Below, in pieces: positions 51,502 through 63,660 of a stretch of DNA of 64,000 nucleotides. The first letter of the stretch is position 1; each line of letters begins with the position of its first letter. Source of the stretch: Prorocentrum cordatum (taxonomy: Eukaryota); the NCBI GenBank assembly GCA_963575745.1, contig CAUYUJ010000336.1, positions 186,001 through 250,000 of the forward strand. Reading direction: 5' to 3'. The notes beneath the pieces are model-generated. The model saw nothing but the letters and a program-made list of their open reading frames with translations, was not told the DNA's origin and ran no database searches. A program made the position numbers and the translations under genes.

Positions 51502-52410
51502 ATGATGGTGGTGCTGATGATGCTGATGATGAGAATGCTGATGATGCTGCTGCTTATGATGCTGATGATGGCGCTGATGCTGATGCTGATGATGATGCTG
51601 ATGACGATGATGATGATGAGTATTATGATGATGATGCTGATGGTGATAGTGATGTTGATGGTGATAGTGATTATGCTGATGATGCTGATGACGATGACGA
51701 CGCTGATGCTGATGATGATGATAATGATGCTGATGATGATGATAGTGATGATGCTGATGAGGAGGAGGCGGGAGGGGAGGACGAGGAGGAGGATTGATGA
51801 GGATAGGCACTTATTGCTGCGCGCGAGTGGATGGCTTTTCGATCCGTCGGACGAGGACTGGCGTCGGTGTCTGAAGTGCTCTGCGTGGGTGGACAATTCG
51901 GACGCGCGTTCCCTTGGGACGCATCACAATCATGTGATTCTTGAGGGTTTTGGAGGGGATAGGAGGATGGAGAAGGATGAGGATGAGGACGACACAGGTG
52001 GAGGACGCAGGATGATGCAGAAGGAGTATACCTGATGATGATGCTGATGATGATGATGATGACGATGGTGATGATGATGACGATGACGATGACGATTATG
52101 ATGATGATGCTGATGCTGATTATGATGCTGATGCTGATGCTGATGCTGCTGATGATGATGGTGATGCTAATGATGATGATGCTGATAATGATGGTGATTA
52201 TGATGATTATGCTGATGATGGTGATGATGATGCTGATGATGATGATGATGACGATGATGGTGGTGGTGATGCTGCGGACCATGAATATGAGGATTAGTAT
52301 GAAGATGATGGTGACGATGATGATGATGATGATGATGATGCTGATGATGCTGATATCGGTGGTGATGATGATGACGATGATGATGATGCTGATGATGATG
52401 ATGCTGATGG

Positions 52411-52483
<73 letters not shown>

Positions 52484-52500
52484 GATGGTTATGATGATGC
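51203..52500. repeat. Long imperfect (GAT)n microsatellite, interrupted at ~51760-52033
   Basis: Directly visible; produces spurious poly-M/D/I/H ORFs. Confidence 0.95.
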
Positions 52501-53759
52501 CATTCTGGCGCGGGCGCCCGCCCGTCCTCGTGGCTCTCGGGGCGCGCCTGCGCCCTCTCCTCCCCCTCCCCGCTCGTGCCATGGTCGTCGCCTTGCGCCT
52601 GGCCTGGATTCGGAGGCAGGTCCTGCAGGGCGCTGGCTTTCACATCTCTGCGGGCGGCGCGGCCATGCAGGGGCGCTTCAAGGTGAAGATGACCATCGAC
52701 TTGGGCCTACAGGTCTCGCCCCGCGTGCAGCTCGCAAACCTGGGTCTGGTCGATCATCTTTTTCAATTGGTCAACGCTCATCTGTGGGTGGATCGTGGTC
52801 ACCGCCATTAGGACGGACGGTACGAAGTCTCTCTTTGGCTCTCTGCGCGGCCTGCACCCCTCCGGCATGGGCTTTCCGATGAGGGCAATAATGACGATGC
52901 AGGTGATGGCGGGGATGGCACTGGAGACGGTGGTGAAGGTCGACCTGGCGGCCGTCGTCGATTCCTTTGCGGTGCACCTGCTCTGCCTCACCCACGTGGC
53001 GCTGATCTGTGGCACGCCGGTGCTGGAGATCCCTGGCCTTCTGCTGGACGACTGCCCAAAGTTCCTCGTCGACATGATGATCCTGATGGTGACCTTCCAA
53101 TGGTTCCTCCCTCCTTCCCCTTTCAACTTGTACGCGGATGCTTTTGTACCGTCGCACGTTCTTCGTGGAGGCCCTGGTTATCACCATGGTTGTCTGGAGC
53201 CTATCCCTTCCTCTACTTGATTGCTGCGCGGACCTTCCTGATCTCATTGCTGGCGGTTGGCATCTTCCTGATGGCGACTGGGGTCTTTCTCATAGTGGTT
53301 TGGGTTTTCATGCAGGTCGCACGGATCTACCTGATGGTCGCGTGGAACTACCTGACGATTCTGGTGGTGCTCCTCCAGATGCCCCTCCGTGGGCTGCGGC
53401 GCGCATGGAGTCACTGGCTGGCCTGGCTCTTATTGCAGGTCGTCGTGGTTGTGGTCGCACTGAAGTACTAGGTTGTTCATTTCCCTAACGTGATGGTGCT
53501 GCCCAACGTGTTCAAGCTGAGGCCACCTGGAATAGGATGAACGTGAGCGTCTTTTTGGAATGGCCTTGGCCAGTCGCGTTCGGATTCCGCATTTGTCTGA
53601 CGCTGGGCCGCGCGAGCCTCTTCGCATCGTGGGAGCCCAGACACTTGCCGTGTGCAGTAACGGTAGCGATTGGGAGCCCGTTCGTTGGGACTTCACACGA
53701 TGCCCGATGACTGGGCGTCGCCTCGCAACCAGAGAGAGAGAGAGGAAGCAAATAATAGT

Positions 53760-54104
53760 TATGTTGATGACGATGCTGCTGATGATGATGATGATGCTGA
53801 TGATGTTGATCCTGGTGATGTGGGGGGTGGCGATGCGGATCATGATGATCATGAAGGTAATGGAAGCATGATACGGATGATGCTGCAACGTATGAATGAT
53901 GTTGATGATGTCGATGATGTTGTTGATGATGGATATAATGACGATGATGCTGATGATGACGAGTATAATGCTGATGATGCTGATTGTGATAATGGTGGGG
54001 GTGGTGGCGATGCTGCTAATGCGGGTGATGAGGGTGTTGCTGCTGATGATGGTGATGTTGATGGTGACGATGTTGATGATGACGATGATGATGATGATGA
54101 TGAC

Positions 54105-54138
<34 letters not shown>

Positions 54139-54305
54139 TGGTGGGGGGGTGAAGATGGTGAGTCTGATGATGATTATGGTGATAGTGGGGGTGATGATGC
54201 GGATGATGATTCGGATGATGATGCTGATGTTGCTAACGATAATGGTGATGATGATGCTGATGACGACGATGATGCTGATGCCGGCGATGACGATGATGAT
54301 GATGA
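53760..54305. repeat. Imperfect (GAT)n microsatellite
   Basis: Directly visible. Confidence 0.9.
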
Positions 54306-55800
54306 GGAGGAGGAGGAGGAGGATGAGGAGGAAGAGGAAAAGAAGGACAGTAGGAGGAGGAGGATGGGGATTATGACGATGACGCAGGAGGATCGGGGAG
54401 GATACGGGAGGAGGCGGAGGGGGGGAGCATATGGAGGAGGAGGGTGACGAGGCGGAGGAGGAGCAGGAGTAGGAAGGGGAGGAGGACGGACGACGAGGAC
54501 GCAGGGGAGCGCGGGGTTTCTCGGAGGTTCCCTCCACATCAGACGAAGTCTTCATTACATGCCTCTCTGGAAGGCCGTCCCCCTCGCCGGGCCCCCTCCT
54601 GCGCACCGCCGACTCTCTTTCTCTGTCCACGCTCCCCACCCCCCTCCCAGCGGGGCCGCCGCCTCCCAGAGACCCCCTGGCAGGCATCGTGACCAGCAGC
54701 TTCCTGTGCGCCGCCAGCCTGCAATCGGCGTTCCACCCACGGGCGAGCTGCCGCAAAGGCGATTTGTCACCAGGCGCGAGCGCGGCCTCCCGTGCCCTGT
54801 CTCCAGGCCCCCCAAGTGGGGTCAGAGTTGATGGGGTCGGAGGATCGCTCCGCATCGTTGATGCATCTGCGATGCGGCCCGATGTGAAGCCCACTTTTCT
54901 CGGCTTCGACGTGATCCTCCGACCCCGTCTACGCGGACCCCGCCCAGGAAACCTCTACTGTCGTCTCTCCCTCCCCGCTCCGCCGCCCCGCGTTTTTCGG
55001 AAGGCGCCGGTTGTACACCCGCACCGACCGAAAAGAGAAACATCACATACAGATGTACTTACGGAGGTCTTCACGGATTTCTTGCATCGGCGCTGGAGCC
55101 CTCTGGCGGCGCCTCTGGTGCCGCCCCTGGCGCGCTCTGCCCACCATGGAGGGGGATCCAGCGCCGACCTGAGAAATTTCGCGCGACCGCACCGAGCTGG
55201 GCCAAAACCTGGGTCCGTTGTCCATGTTTGCGCCTTTCTCGCCGATTCGGGAGGGCGTATGCACCGATCCTAGGCCCTGGATCGGCCTGGCCAGGACTGG
55301 TGCAGTTCAGCTGCACAGTTGGCGTCCTCCCTCTTCTCCTCCTCCCGTCTCTTCGTTGTACCCAGATCTCCGCTAATCCTCTCGTTGTCGTCCTCCTCCG
55401 CCTCCTCCTCCTTCTCCTCTATCTGAGGGTGCCAACTTCGTCCTCTATCTGAGGGGGCCAGCTTATGGGCGCCAATGCGATCGTTCAGTCTCGCTCATTG
55501 TTAGGAGAGCCCTTCCGTGCAAGTTTTTCCCCGAAACGGTGAATGCGTAGATTGCCCAACCAGCGACTGAGCTTCCGTGCCAAGAGGGGATGCTTGGGTG
55601 TCCGAAGTCCGTCCTGTACAGCCCAAGGGAGGCCCAGAAAGGCTCCAAGACGGCCTCGCTATGTTTCACGGCGCCGCCAGAAGCCCAGAAGATCACCCTC
55701 CGCTGCCTTACGGCTCCAGGCAAGGGACAGTTGCCTGAGCCCATCACACTCGCCCGACTCTTTTTATCCATAGCATATCTTGGCATTTGTTGCTCTGCAG

Positions 55801-56883
55801 ATGAAACAGATATTGTTGACGGGCGCATTTACCTTAATTTCGAGTTCGTGCGCATCATATGTTGCCCAGCCAATTGTTGTAAGCAATAAGTCGCGTATTG
55901 CGGCATCGACGTTGAAGTCGACAGAAATCACAGGCATGACTTGCACGGCGATCAGCGAGTATCATCCTCCCGGCCTCGATCCCATGGTTTGCAGCAATGT
56001 CTTTGTTGACAGTAACGACGTAGAAGCACCCGATGATGGTTCATATGCATGGGCAGCGGACAACGAAGGAGCATCGGACAAGTTAGGCGGTTGCGTAGGG
56101 ATATGGATCGAGTTGACGTTGCCAGCCGTGTATACTGTGGACATTGTCACTATTCGCCAACGGTATTCCCCCTCCAACCAGGGCGACAAAATGGACGTGG
56201 CGCTGAAGTCTATCAGCGGAGTGGTACTGTCGACGCAGTCCATTACCTTTTCCAACGTCGTCCAGAGCAACCCGCTGGAGGAGGCTATTTCGCTAACGCC
56301 CACTGCTGGTGTAAAGTCTGTCCGTTTTACTTACAGCCAGGCGAACACAGCTGATTGTAGCAGCACTGGTGGTTTTTTGGGAGCGAAGCGTATCAAAGTC
56401 TACGGCCACGCGGACCCTCCGACCACAAACACAGGGGCTGGGGCCGCCGGCGCCGGCTTTGCCGTCGGCGATCCTCACTTGCAGAATATTTATGGCCAGC
56501 GTTTCGACTTGATGATTTCAGGCTGGCATACTTTAGTAAACATCCCTCGCGGCCAACAACCTGAACACGCATTGCTTTTTGTGAGAGCTCAGGCGAGCAG
56601 ATTGAACGACAACTGCGCTGATACCTACTTCACAGCCCTCAACATAACAGGATCCTGGACATCTACACAACAAGCAGGAGGGTACCATTACGTACCAGAG
56701 AGTGTTCCCCACGACGGTACCAAATGGGTTGCTGTTGGTAAGATCCGGCTGAAGGTCGTCAAGGGACGCACGGAAAGTGGCATCCAGTATCTGAATTTCT
56801 ACATCAAGCATCTTGGGCAAGCCGGTTTCGCCGTTGGAGGTTTGCTGGGGGAGGATCGGTGGCGCGCCGGGGGGGGGATGTGA
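55801..56883 (+). CDS. Putative secreted protein: signal peptide, discoidin/F5-8-like domain, C-terminal GDPH (VWD-like) domain; true 3' end uncertain
   Basis: MKQILLTGAFTLISSSCA signal-like N-terminus. WIELTL..VTIRQRY..GAKRIKVYG. GDPHLQNIYGQRFDLM...LNFYIKHLG..VGGLLGED. Balanced composition unlike the surrounding repeats. Runs into repeat DNA after 56856. Confidence 0.78.
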   Translation: MKQILLTGAFTLISSSCASYVAQPIVVSNKSRIAASTLKSTEITGMTCTAISEYHPPGLDPMVCSNVFVDSNDVEAPDDGSYAWAADNEGASDKLGGCVGIWIELTLPAVYTVDIVTIRQRYSPSNQGDKMDVALKSISGVVLSTQSITFSNVVQSNPLEEAISLTPTAGVKSVRFTYSQANTADCSSTGGFLGAKRIKVYGHADPPTTNTGAGAAGAGFAVGDPHLQNIYGQRFDLMISGWHTLVNIPRGQQPEHALLFVRAQASRLNDNCADTYFTALNITGSWTSTQQAGGYHYVPESVPHDGTKWVAVGKIRLKVVKGRTESGIQYLNFYIKHLGQAGFAVGGLLGEDRWRAGGGM

Positions 56884-57479
56884 AAGGGGGGCGGGCCTGC
56901 TCAGAAGGCTCGGAAGTCCTCCGAAGCCTTCCCCGAGCACACGGAGAGCTTTTCAGAGTCCCCGCGGCCTTCTGAGAAGGCCTCCTCCCTTCTTTTTCCC
57001 CCACTCGGTCGCCGCCGAGAGGACGACCACGGATACGCGAGCACGCCCCCAGAGGCATGCCTCCGCCGCCTCAGCCTCTCGGGCGACCGCTCTCCGCGCA
57101 CGGGCCAGACGTCCTCTCAGTCGCACTCGGTCGCACTGGCAGCGTTCGCCTGACCGTGTACGGCGTGGACCGCAGTTAGCACCAGCAGTTTGCGCAACTG
57201 GCAGTAGGCGGCGAGCGGAAGGGGGGAAGTGAGAAGGAGGAGGCCTTCTCAGAAGGCGGCGGGGCTTTTCAGCCTTCTGAGAAGCTTTCTGTACCTTCAG
57301 GGAAGGATTCGGAGACATCGCGGAAGGTTCAGATCACTTCCGAGCCTTCTAAGACGGCCCGCCTCTTCTCACTTCACCCCCAGGCTCGCCGCCGAGCTTA
57401 GGGCGTGGGCCGATGTCAGCACTGGCAATTTGCGCACCTGGCAGTAGGGCAGGGCGTGGCCGCAGTGGTCTTGCGTGCT

Positions 57480-60400
57480 CCTTTTGGCGCAGCATGCTAC
57501 CAGACAGGACCACCATGAGCGCACCGGTGAGCCCACGACAGCCCGAGTATGCCCCCAACGCGAAATAAAAAGCACAGAGGGGGTTCAATCTTTCTGGCTC
57601 CAGGGGGGCCTCTCGCGCTCGAGTTCTCAGTATCGTCGCGCCGCCGTGGGACCTGTAAGACGCACTCCTGTACCACGCGGACATCAGCCGGTTGTGTGCA
57701 GGGTTCCTGTATATCCGGATAGTCTGATAGTTGAAGTGCCGCATCGTATGTTCGTGCCTGGCCTATTTGGCCGTCGATGTTTGTTGTCGGCCGGAGGGTT
57801 TTGCCGCGCGCACGGGAATTGTTCGAAGCATTCAATCGGCGAGAGGACGAGAGGGTCCGCAACAGGGTGTCTTCAAAGGGTGCTGTCTGTCTGCGGCCTT
57901 GCATCCCTTGCGGACGCGTAGGCGTAGGGAAAACATACGCTGAAATCACATGTAGTGGAACAGTAATGCCTCGCTGTCGGTAGAGTTTCGCTTGCCGTTC
58001 GCGAAGGATTGATGACAACGGTTGTGATTCTGCCTGTCTCTGTCATGCTTGAGAAGCCACAGCGAATCCAATGAATATAGCAATTTGCTGAGCAAGCAGC
58101 TGTTGTATATCAGTATCTTGTGCCGCCGACCAACTGCAGAATGAGCCCACAAATTCGCAAGTTGCTGAAACACTCTTCTGGCTTCTCCGATGCGCCACGA
58201 TAGCTCGTTGCCAACGCGTCCATCATTGGTAAGGAGGCGTTGAGAGACATCTCACTATAAGCGTCGCCAATCCTCCTGTAGTTGTTGTTTGGCTCGATGA
58301 GTTCCAAAGCAGTCTGCGATATCCATGCTTGCCGGGTTAGTTGCGCCCTCCGTGGTACAATATATGTGGCAGCACTAAACGCGCGCTCGACGTTCCCCGC
58401 AGCTTCGTCAAGAGAGCAATCTGCAACACTAATATCTGACCACGCGTTGTAAAAACGCCTCGTGAACGAAGGCTGGGTCCCGCACCGAAGCATTGTCGAC
58501 ATGAGGTCGTGCATGTGCCGCAGAAGACTGGAATTGTAAGTTAAGCTCTGCCGTCAACAAGTAGTGGTGGTTGTTCAAAGCAACGGTCGGTGCGTTCTGC
58601 AGAGTTCCACCCAAGATAGAGGCATGACTAAGCACATGGTCGATCTGAGCGCATTTCTTTGGAGAGATGTCGTCGTCCATGGGGAAGAGTATCAGCAAGA
58701 AAGAGATGTGGATCAATGTATTGCGTTTCGCCAGGTTGTTGTTGGAGCAGTTTAGCGTTGAAATCGCCCAATACAAACGTAGTGTTGTGCTGTGTCGTTG
58801 GTCGTACTGTTCTCAGTAATTCTGCGAAGAACGATGGACGAACATCGTACTCGTATTTGCTCTGTGGGGCGTAGGTCGATAGAATCGTCAGTATGTCATG
58901 ATGCACTCGGATTCGCAATGACGCCAAACGTGGTGATACCACCCGGAACGCGACTAAAGAAGAACGGGTCCACGGAGAAACGATGAAGCCGACCCCAGCC
59001 ACAGACCGTTGTTCGTCGTCAGGTTTCCCAGATCAACAAACCATGAAACCGTCGTAATCAAATTATTCGAAACCATGTAGTTGAGCCTCCTGTATGGCCA
59101 AAACGTCGATGTTGTGGGCAAGCATTGAAACAGTTATTTCAGACAACTTTGCATAAGAATCCCCACGGAGACCATCGTCATTCCAAGTGCCAAACATTTG
59201 CGTGCGAAGTGGCTGACATCCACGTCGAGGTTGAAACCACTTGTGCAACCGCGTGGAAGAGTGAGACAATGGAGCGCCCGTGCGCGCTGTAGAAGCCGAG
59301 TGCGATTCCGCAGTTGAGGCGGAACGGTATCTTGCCCGGGAGACGCCCCACGTTGGGAACTGCATGCTGAAACATAAGTGGCCCATTTGCACGGGCTCTC
59401 ATGCCAGGCCGGACTAGACCTGACAAATGCCGCGTTTCCTAATGCCCGTTTGACTTCCCTTTCGGCTGACCCTTCATGCCGCCCAAAGACCGCTGAAGTA
59501 AAGCATTGTATTGGTCTTCCAATTCCTTGAGGCCTTCGTGCTCTTGGAGTTCCTTCCAATCGGCCCATGAATCGGCCCACTCCTTCCCAGCGTTGCCGAC
59601 CACTGTCACTGTAAGGGCGGCCTCTTCGCCAACGCTGACCTCGTATGGGGAGGAGTTCGTAATTTTGATGATGTGGGGGAGTTTGAACGCATCCTTGAAC
59701 AATTCTTTCAGCACGAAACAGTAGTTGCGTGCTGCGCGCTCTGATGGCGGCTGGTCGGGTGAAGCCCAAATGTCCTTACCATTCTGTTGAAGACGGGCGC
59801 TCCTGATAAGTACCGCTGCTGTGGCACGATCAGTCGTATCCAAAAACTCCGCGAACAATATGTTTGGTGGCGTCCTCTTTCATGTACATGTTATGGTGTA
59901 AGTCATAGTAAGCCCATCAAGATTCACAAACACTGCAGTAATAGAGCGCCTATCAATCGGGTCGTGAGGATGTCTGGAATCTCCTTGGCATCGGAGTTGC
60001 TGGTGTTCACGTTCTAAGGCTTGTAGTTTCCCGTGTGCGTTTGTGCCAATGTTCGCTTCTGACCCCGTCCTGGCAGAGGGACCTGGAGTATGCGCTCGCA
60101 AAGTATCCCTGGACTCCAGCGTTTCCAGTCGCATCGTGATGTCGTCGATGGCGTTGGAAATTGGAGCATCCTTAGCATCGAGATCTGCGTGTGAGACTCC
60201 ATGTGTTTCTATCTCGTTTTAAACGCGATAATTTCGGTTTATGTCCTGGCGGATTGGGTCGAGCTGCTCTTTGAGGATCTCTCTGAAGGTGCTCATCGAC
60301 AAAGGCTCCGTGTTCCTGTTTTCGACGTTGTCGCTGGCACCAGCTTTGGCCAGAAGAGCTTGGAACCGTTGCTGTCGTACAATGTTGTTCTCAGCGTCGT

Positions 60401-60625
60401 CTAGCCCGTTCATATCCTGCAGCGGACTTTGGATGCGGTGCTGCTTGAATAGTTGTTGGACAGGGGTGCCTGGCGCACAGGTGTCAACACTTACCCCAAT
60501 AGCAGACATCGATGCAGCGTTGAGTGGATGGGGTGGCGCTGGAATGAATAGGAGAAAAGGAAAGTTCGGGTTTCTGACCACCCACCGCTGGAGCCAAATG
60601 GAGCCTTTGAGCCAAAATGGCTATG
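57480..60625 (-). mobile_element. Non-LTR retrotransposon LINE-C (RTE-like; ORF1 + APE + post-RT region, RT core deleted), 5' tandem SL; 3' boundary approximate
   Basis: APE: TWNDDGL, IDVLAIQE, GVGFIVSP, LSTYAPQS, VLGDFNAK, QIDHVL. Post-RT: LLTNDGRVGNELSWRIGEARRVFQQLANLW..KILIYNSCLLSKLLYSL. ORF1-like IWASPDQPPSER (59439-59858). SL copies at 60588-60625. Confidence 0.82.
60588..60625 (-). other. Spliced leader followed by a tandem relic SL at the 5' end of LINE-C
   Basis: Minus strand reads CATAGCCATTTTGGCTCAAAGGCTCCATTTGGCTCCAG. This contains a 17-nt exact SL core (60607-60623) and then CCATTTGGCTCCAG, resembling the relic CCATTTTGGCTCAAG. Confidence 0.85.
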
Positions 60626-61689
60626 TATCGCCCATGTGTATCGCCCATTTGGCTTGGATGGCCTATGTATCACCCATTTGGCCTTGAATGCTCCAGTATG
60701 GTTGGCATCCACTACGCGTTGAGGTCTCAAGGCAATATTGAGACAATCGACCGTTGTCCGTTGGCGGTAACGCATCGCCCAGCCATGGTTGCCCGCCGTG
60801 TTACGTCGCGGGGCATTCCCCGGGGCGCATTGAGCTCAAATGTGAATTTAATTTCGGGGGCCCCCAAACGGGGTGGTGACCACACCGTGTGGTGAGTCGG
60901 TTGGGGGTTCGGGGTCACCGCACGGTTTTGGGACTTGGGTCGTTTTCCGAGGATGTCTCGGGCGGTTGGGGCCTCCAGGGTCCCAAAACCGTGTGGTGAC
61001 GGCCCATGCGGTGAGGTCTTTGCGGATTTCGAGGTCGCCGCCGGGTCTGTCACCACCTGGTTTTGGGACACCCAATACATGTTGCGTTTCCCCACATGTC
61101 TGCTAATCAAAAAGAAGACTCGCACCGGGAAATGCGAATTCACACGTTGCGTCTTTTCGAAACGTGAATTCGCAGTTTGCGTTTTTGTTCAAAATGGAAA
61201 GTCTCATTCGTGCCTGCCAACTGTGAATTCACATCTTACGTATTGCAACGCATGGGTTCCATTATGCTTGTGCCAGCGAGATTGGTTGGGCGATGCGTTG
61301 CCGCCAACGAAGCATTCCCGTCTCGATACGCCTACGCGCAATGGATGCCAGGCATGCCAGATCATTTGTATAAGACTTACATCGGCCATTCAGCATCCAC
61401 TGTACTTCTCCGCTGCGGACCCTTCTGTGACCCTCCAACTCAAGCGAGTACTTTTTGCACGCCCAGTAACCTTTAGCAAGCAACATATTACGGCGGATCT
61501 AAAAAGCGCCTACGGCGAACCACCGCCGCTCCTTGCCTTTGGAAAGGCCCCTGTGGGCAAAAGTTGTTGGAATCTTGCCACGGTATTGAACTAAGTGTTC
61601 CGCAGTCCGTTGTGGAAGCTTTGGGGGTGAACGCTTGCTGGGGAAGAATTTCGGATATGAAGGATGAAGAGGAGGAGAGGCCGAAGGAT

Positions 61690-62335
61690 GGTGATGATGC
61701 TGACGATGATGCTGATGATGCTGATGATGACGATGTTGTGGTGATACTAGTGTCGATGATGGATCACGGGGATGATGTTGGTGACGATGATCATGACAAT
61801 GATAACGATGCTGATGATGATGATGATGGTGGAGATGATGATGACGACGGTGGAGATGGTGGTGGCGTTGGTGATGCTGATGCTGCTGATGATGGTGATG
61901 ATGATGATACTTGTGGTGATTGTGATGGTGATGCTGACACTGCTGACGGTGGTGATGATGATAAGCATGAGGACGTGGTGGAGGAGGAGGAGGAGGGCGA
62001 CGACGACGATGATGATGATGACGATGATGACGATGATGATGATGCTGATGATACTCATGATGCTGATGATAATTTGGATGAATATGCGCTTGGTGATGTT
62101 GTTGTTGACGACGGCGATGCTGATGATGTTGATGATGTTGATGATGGTGATGATGATGAGGAGGAGGATGATGATGATGATGAGGATGATTATGGTGATG
62201 ATGATGCTGATGATGATGATAATGGTGATGATGATTATGATGATCATGAAGGTGGTGGTTGTGGTGATGGTGGTGATGACGGGGAGGAGAGGGAGGAGGA
62301 GGAGGAGGAGGAGCAGGAGGAGGAGGAGGACGAGG
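61690..62335. repeat. Imperfect (GAT)n/(GGA)n microsatellite
   Basis: Directly visible. Confidence 0.9.
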
Positions 62336-62339
62336 AGCC

Positions 62340-63660
62340 GGCCTCTTGTGAGCGCCTCGTAGGGCCTTTTGAGTGGTTTTTGAAGGAATTCGTGATGAAC
62401 ATCAAGCCTCTTGGTGGCCTCTGAAGGGCCTCGTGGGGACCTCTTTGTGGTTTCGTGGGTGCGTATAAGAGGCCGTTTGGTTTTCAGATGCCGTCTTGGA
62501 GACCCCATTGGGCTGTGTGGAGTTTCTATTGGGACGCTTTCGGGCCGTCTTGCAATTGTTTGGGGCCCCTTTAGGGGCGTCTTGCGGGCCCCTTGGGCTG
62601 TCGTGAGGCCTTTGGGCCATTCTCGGGGCTGCGTTGGGGCCCTCTTGGGCCGTCTTGGCGCTACCTTGGAGGCACCTGAGGCCGTCTCAGGCAGTCGGAA
62701 GCCCGAAAAGGTGAGAACGCCAAAACAGGCTCTAACAGCCCAAGGGGAATCGATGAGGATGGCCTTGTCGTGCCTTCCTGAAGGGCCTGTTGAAGCCCCC
62801 GCGGGCAGTATTGGGGCCTCTGGGGTGCCTCTGGGCATCTGTGGGTTCAGAAGGGAACACTTGGGTCTTCGGAGGCGATCTTGGGGGCCTCCAGTGGCAG
62901 TCTTGGGGCCGCTTGGGTCTCTTCAGGGCCGCCTTGGAAGTCTCGTGGGTCCCCGTAGGGCCCGCTAGGGGCTGTCCTGGGGGCCTCTTGAGCCGTCTTT
63001 GGGCTCTCTCAGCCAGTGTCGGGGCCCATTTGTCGCTTCTTTCGCCGTCGCGGGGGCTACCTTGGCGGCCTCTGGGGTCGTTTTGGGCCGCAGGAAGCAC
63101 ATCCAGGCGAGGACGCGAATATCATTGAAACAGTAAGGGGAGTCAATGAGTTGAGTCTCTTCGGGTCCTCCTGGAGGACCTTTTGGAGCCCTCTTGGGCA
63201 GCATCGGGGCCCGCGCACCAGCGACGGTGCGCCTGCCACCCGCACGGGCCGCTGGCTTCTGATCGGCGATGGCAGTTCCAATTGGGCAGCATCGTGCGCG
63301 TCTATGGCCGTCATGATTTCGTTTTGGACCGTCGTGAGTCCACTTGAGGTTGTCTGTGAGACATTTCGGGGCCATCGAGGTCGCCCTTGGGGCCATGTTG
63401 GGCGTCTTTAGGCCATCCGGGATCGTCTCGGATGCCATCTTGGACCATCTCGGCAACCTGGAATGTGTTATTTAGGGATTTGTTTTGGTACATGGGAACG
63501 TGTTCGGAAGGTTTCGAAGAGACACTATCCAGCACGCCGGCGACCCTCCTTGCACGCAGCGGAGGCCCAGTCCGCCAACGAATTTGAGTCTTGGACCAGA
63601 GGCCTCCCTCAGGGGCCTCTCGGAGGCCTCATGTTTGGGACTCTTGGGGTCTTTTCGATG
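62340..63660 (-). repeat. Same CCAAGA-type satellite family, reverse orientation
   Basis: TCTTGG/GGGCC units. Confidence 0.75.

Noticed and set aside
50591..54894. Poly-Met/Ile/His/Asp ORFs and the hydrophobic ORF 53100-53471
   Set aside because: They derive from (GAT)n tracts. The intervening sequence has no motif I can recognise in any frame.
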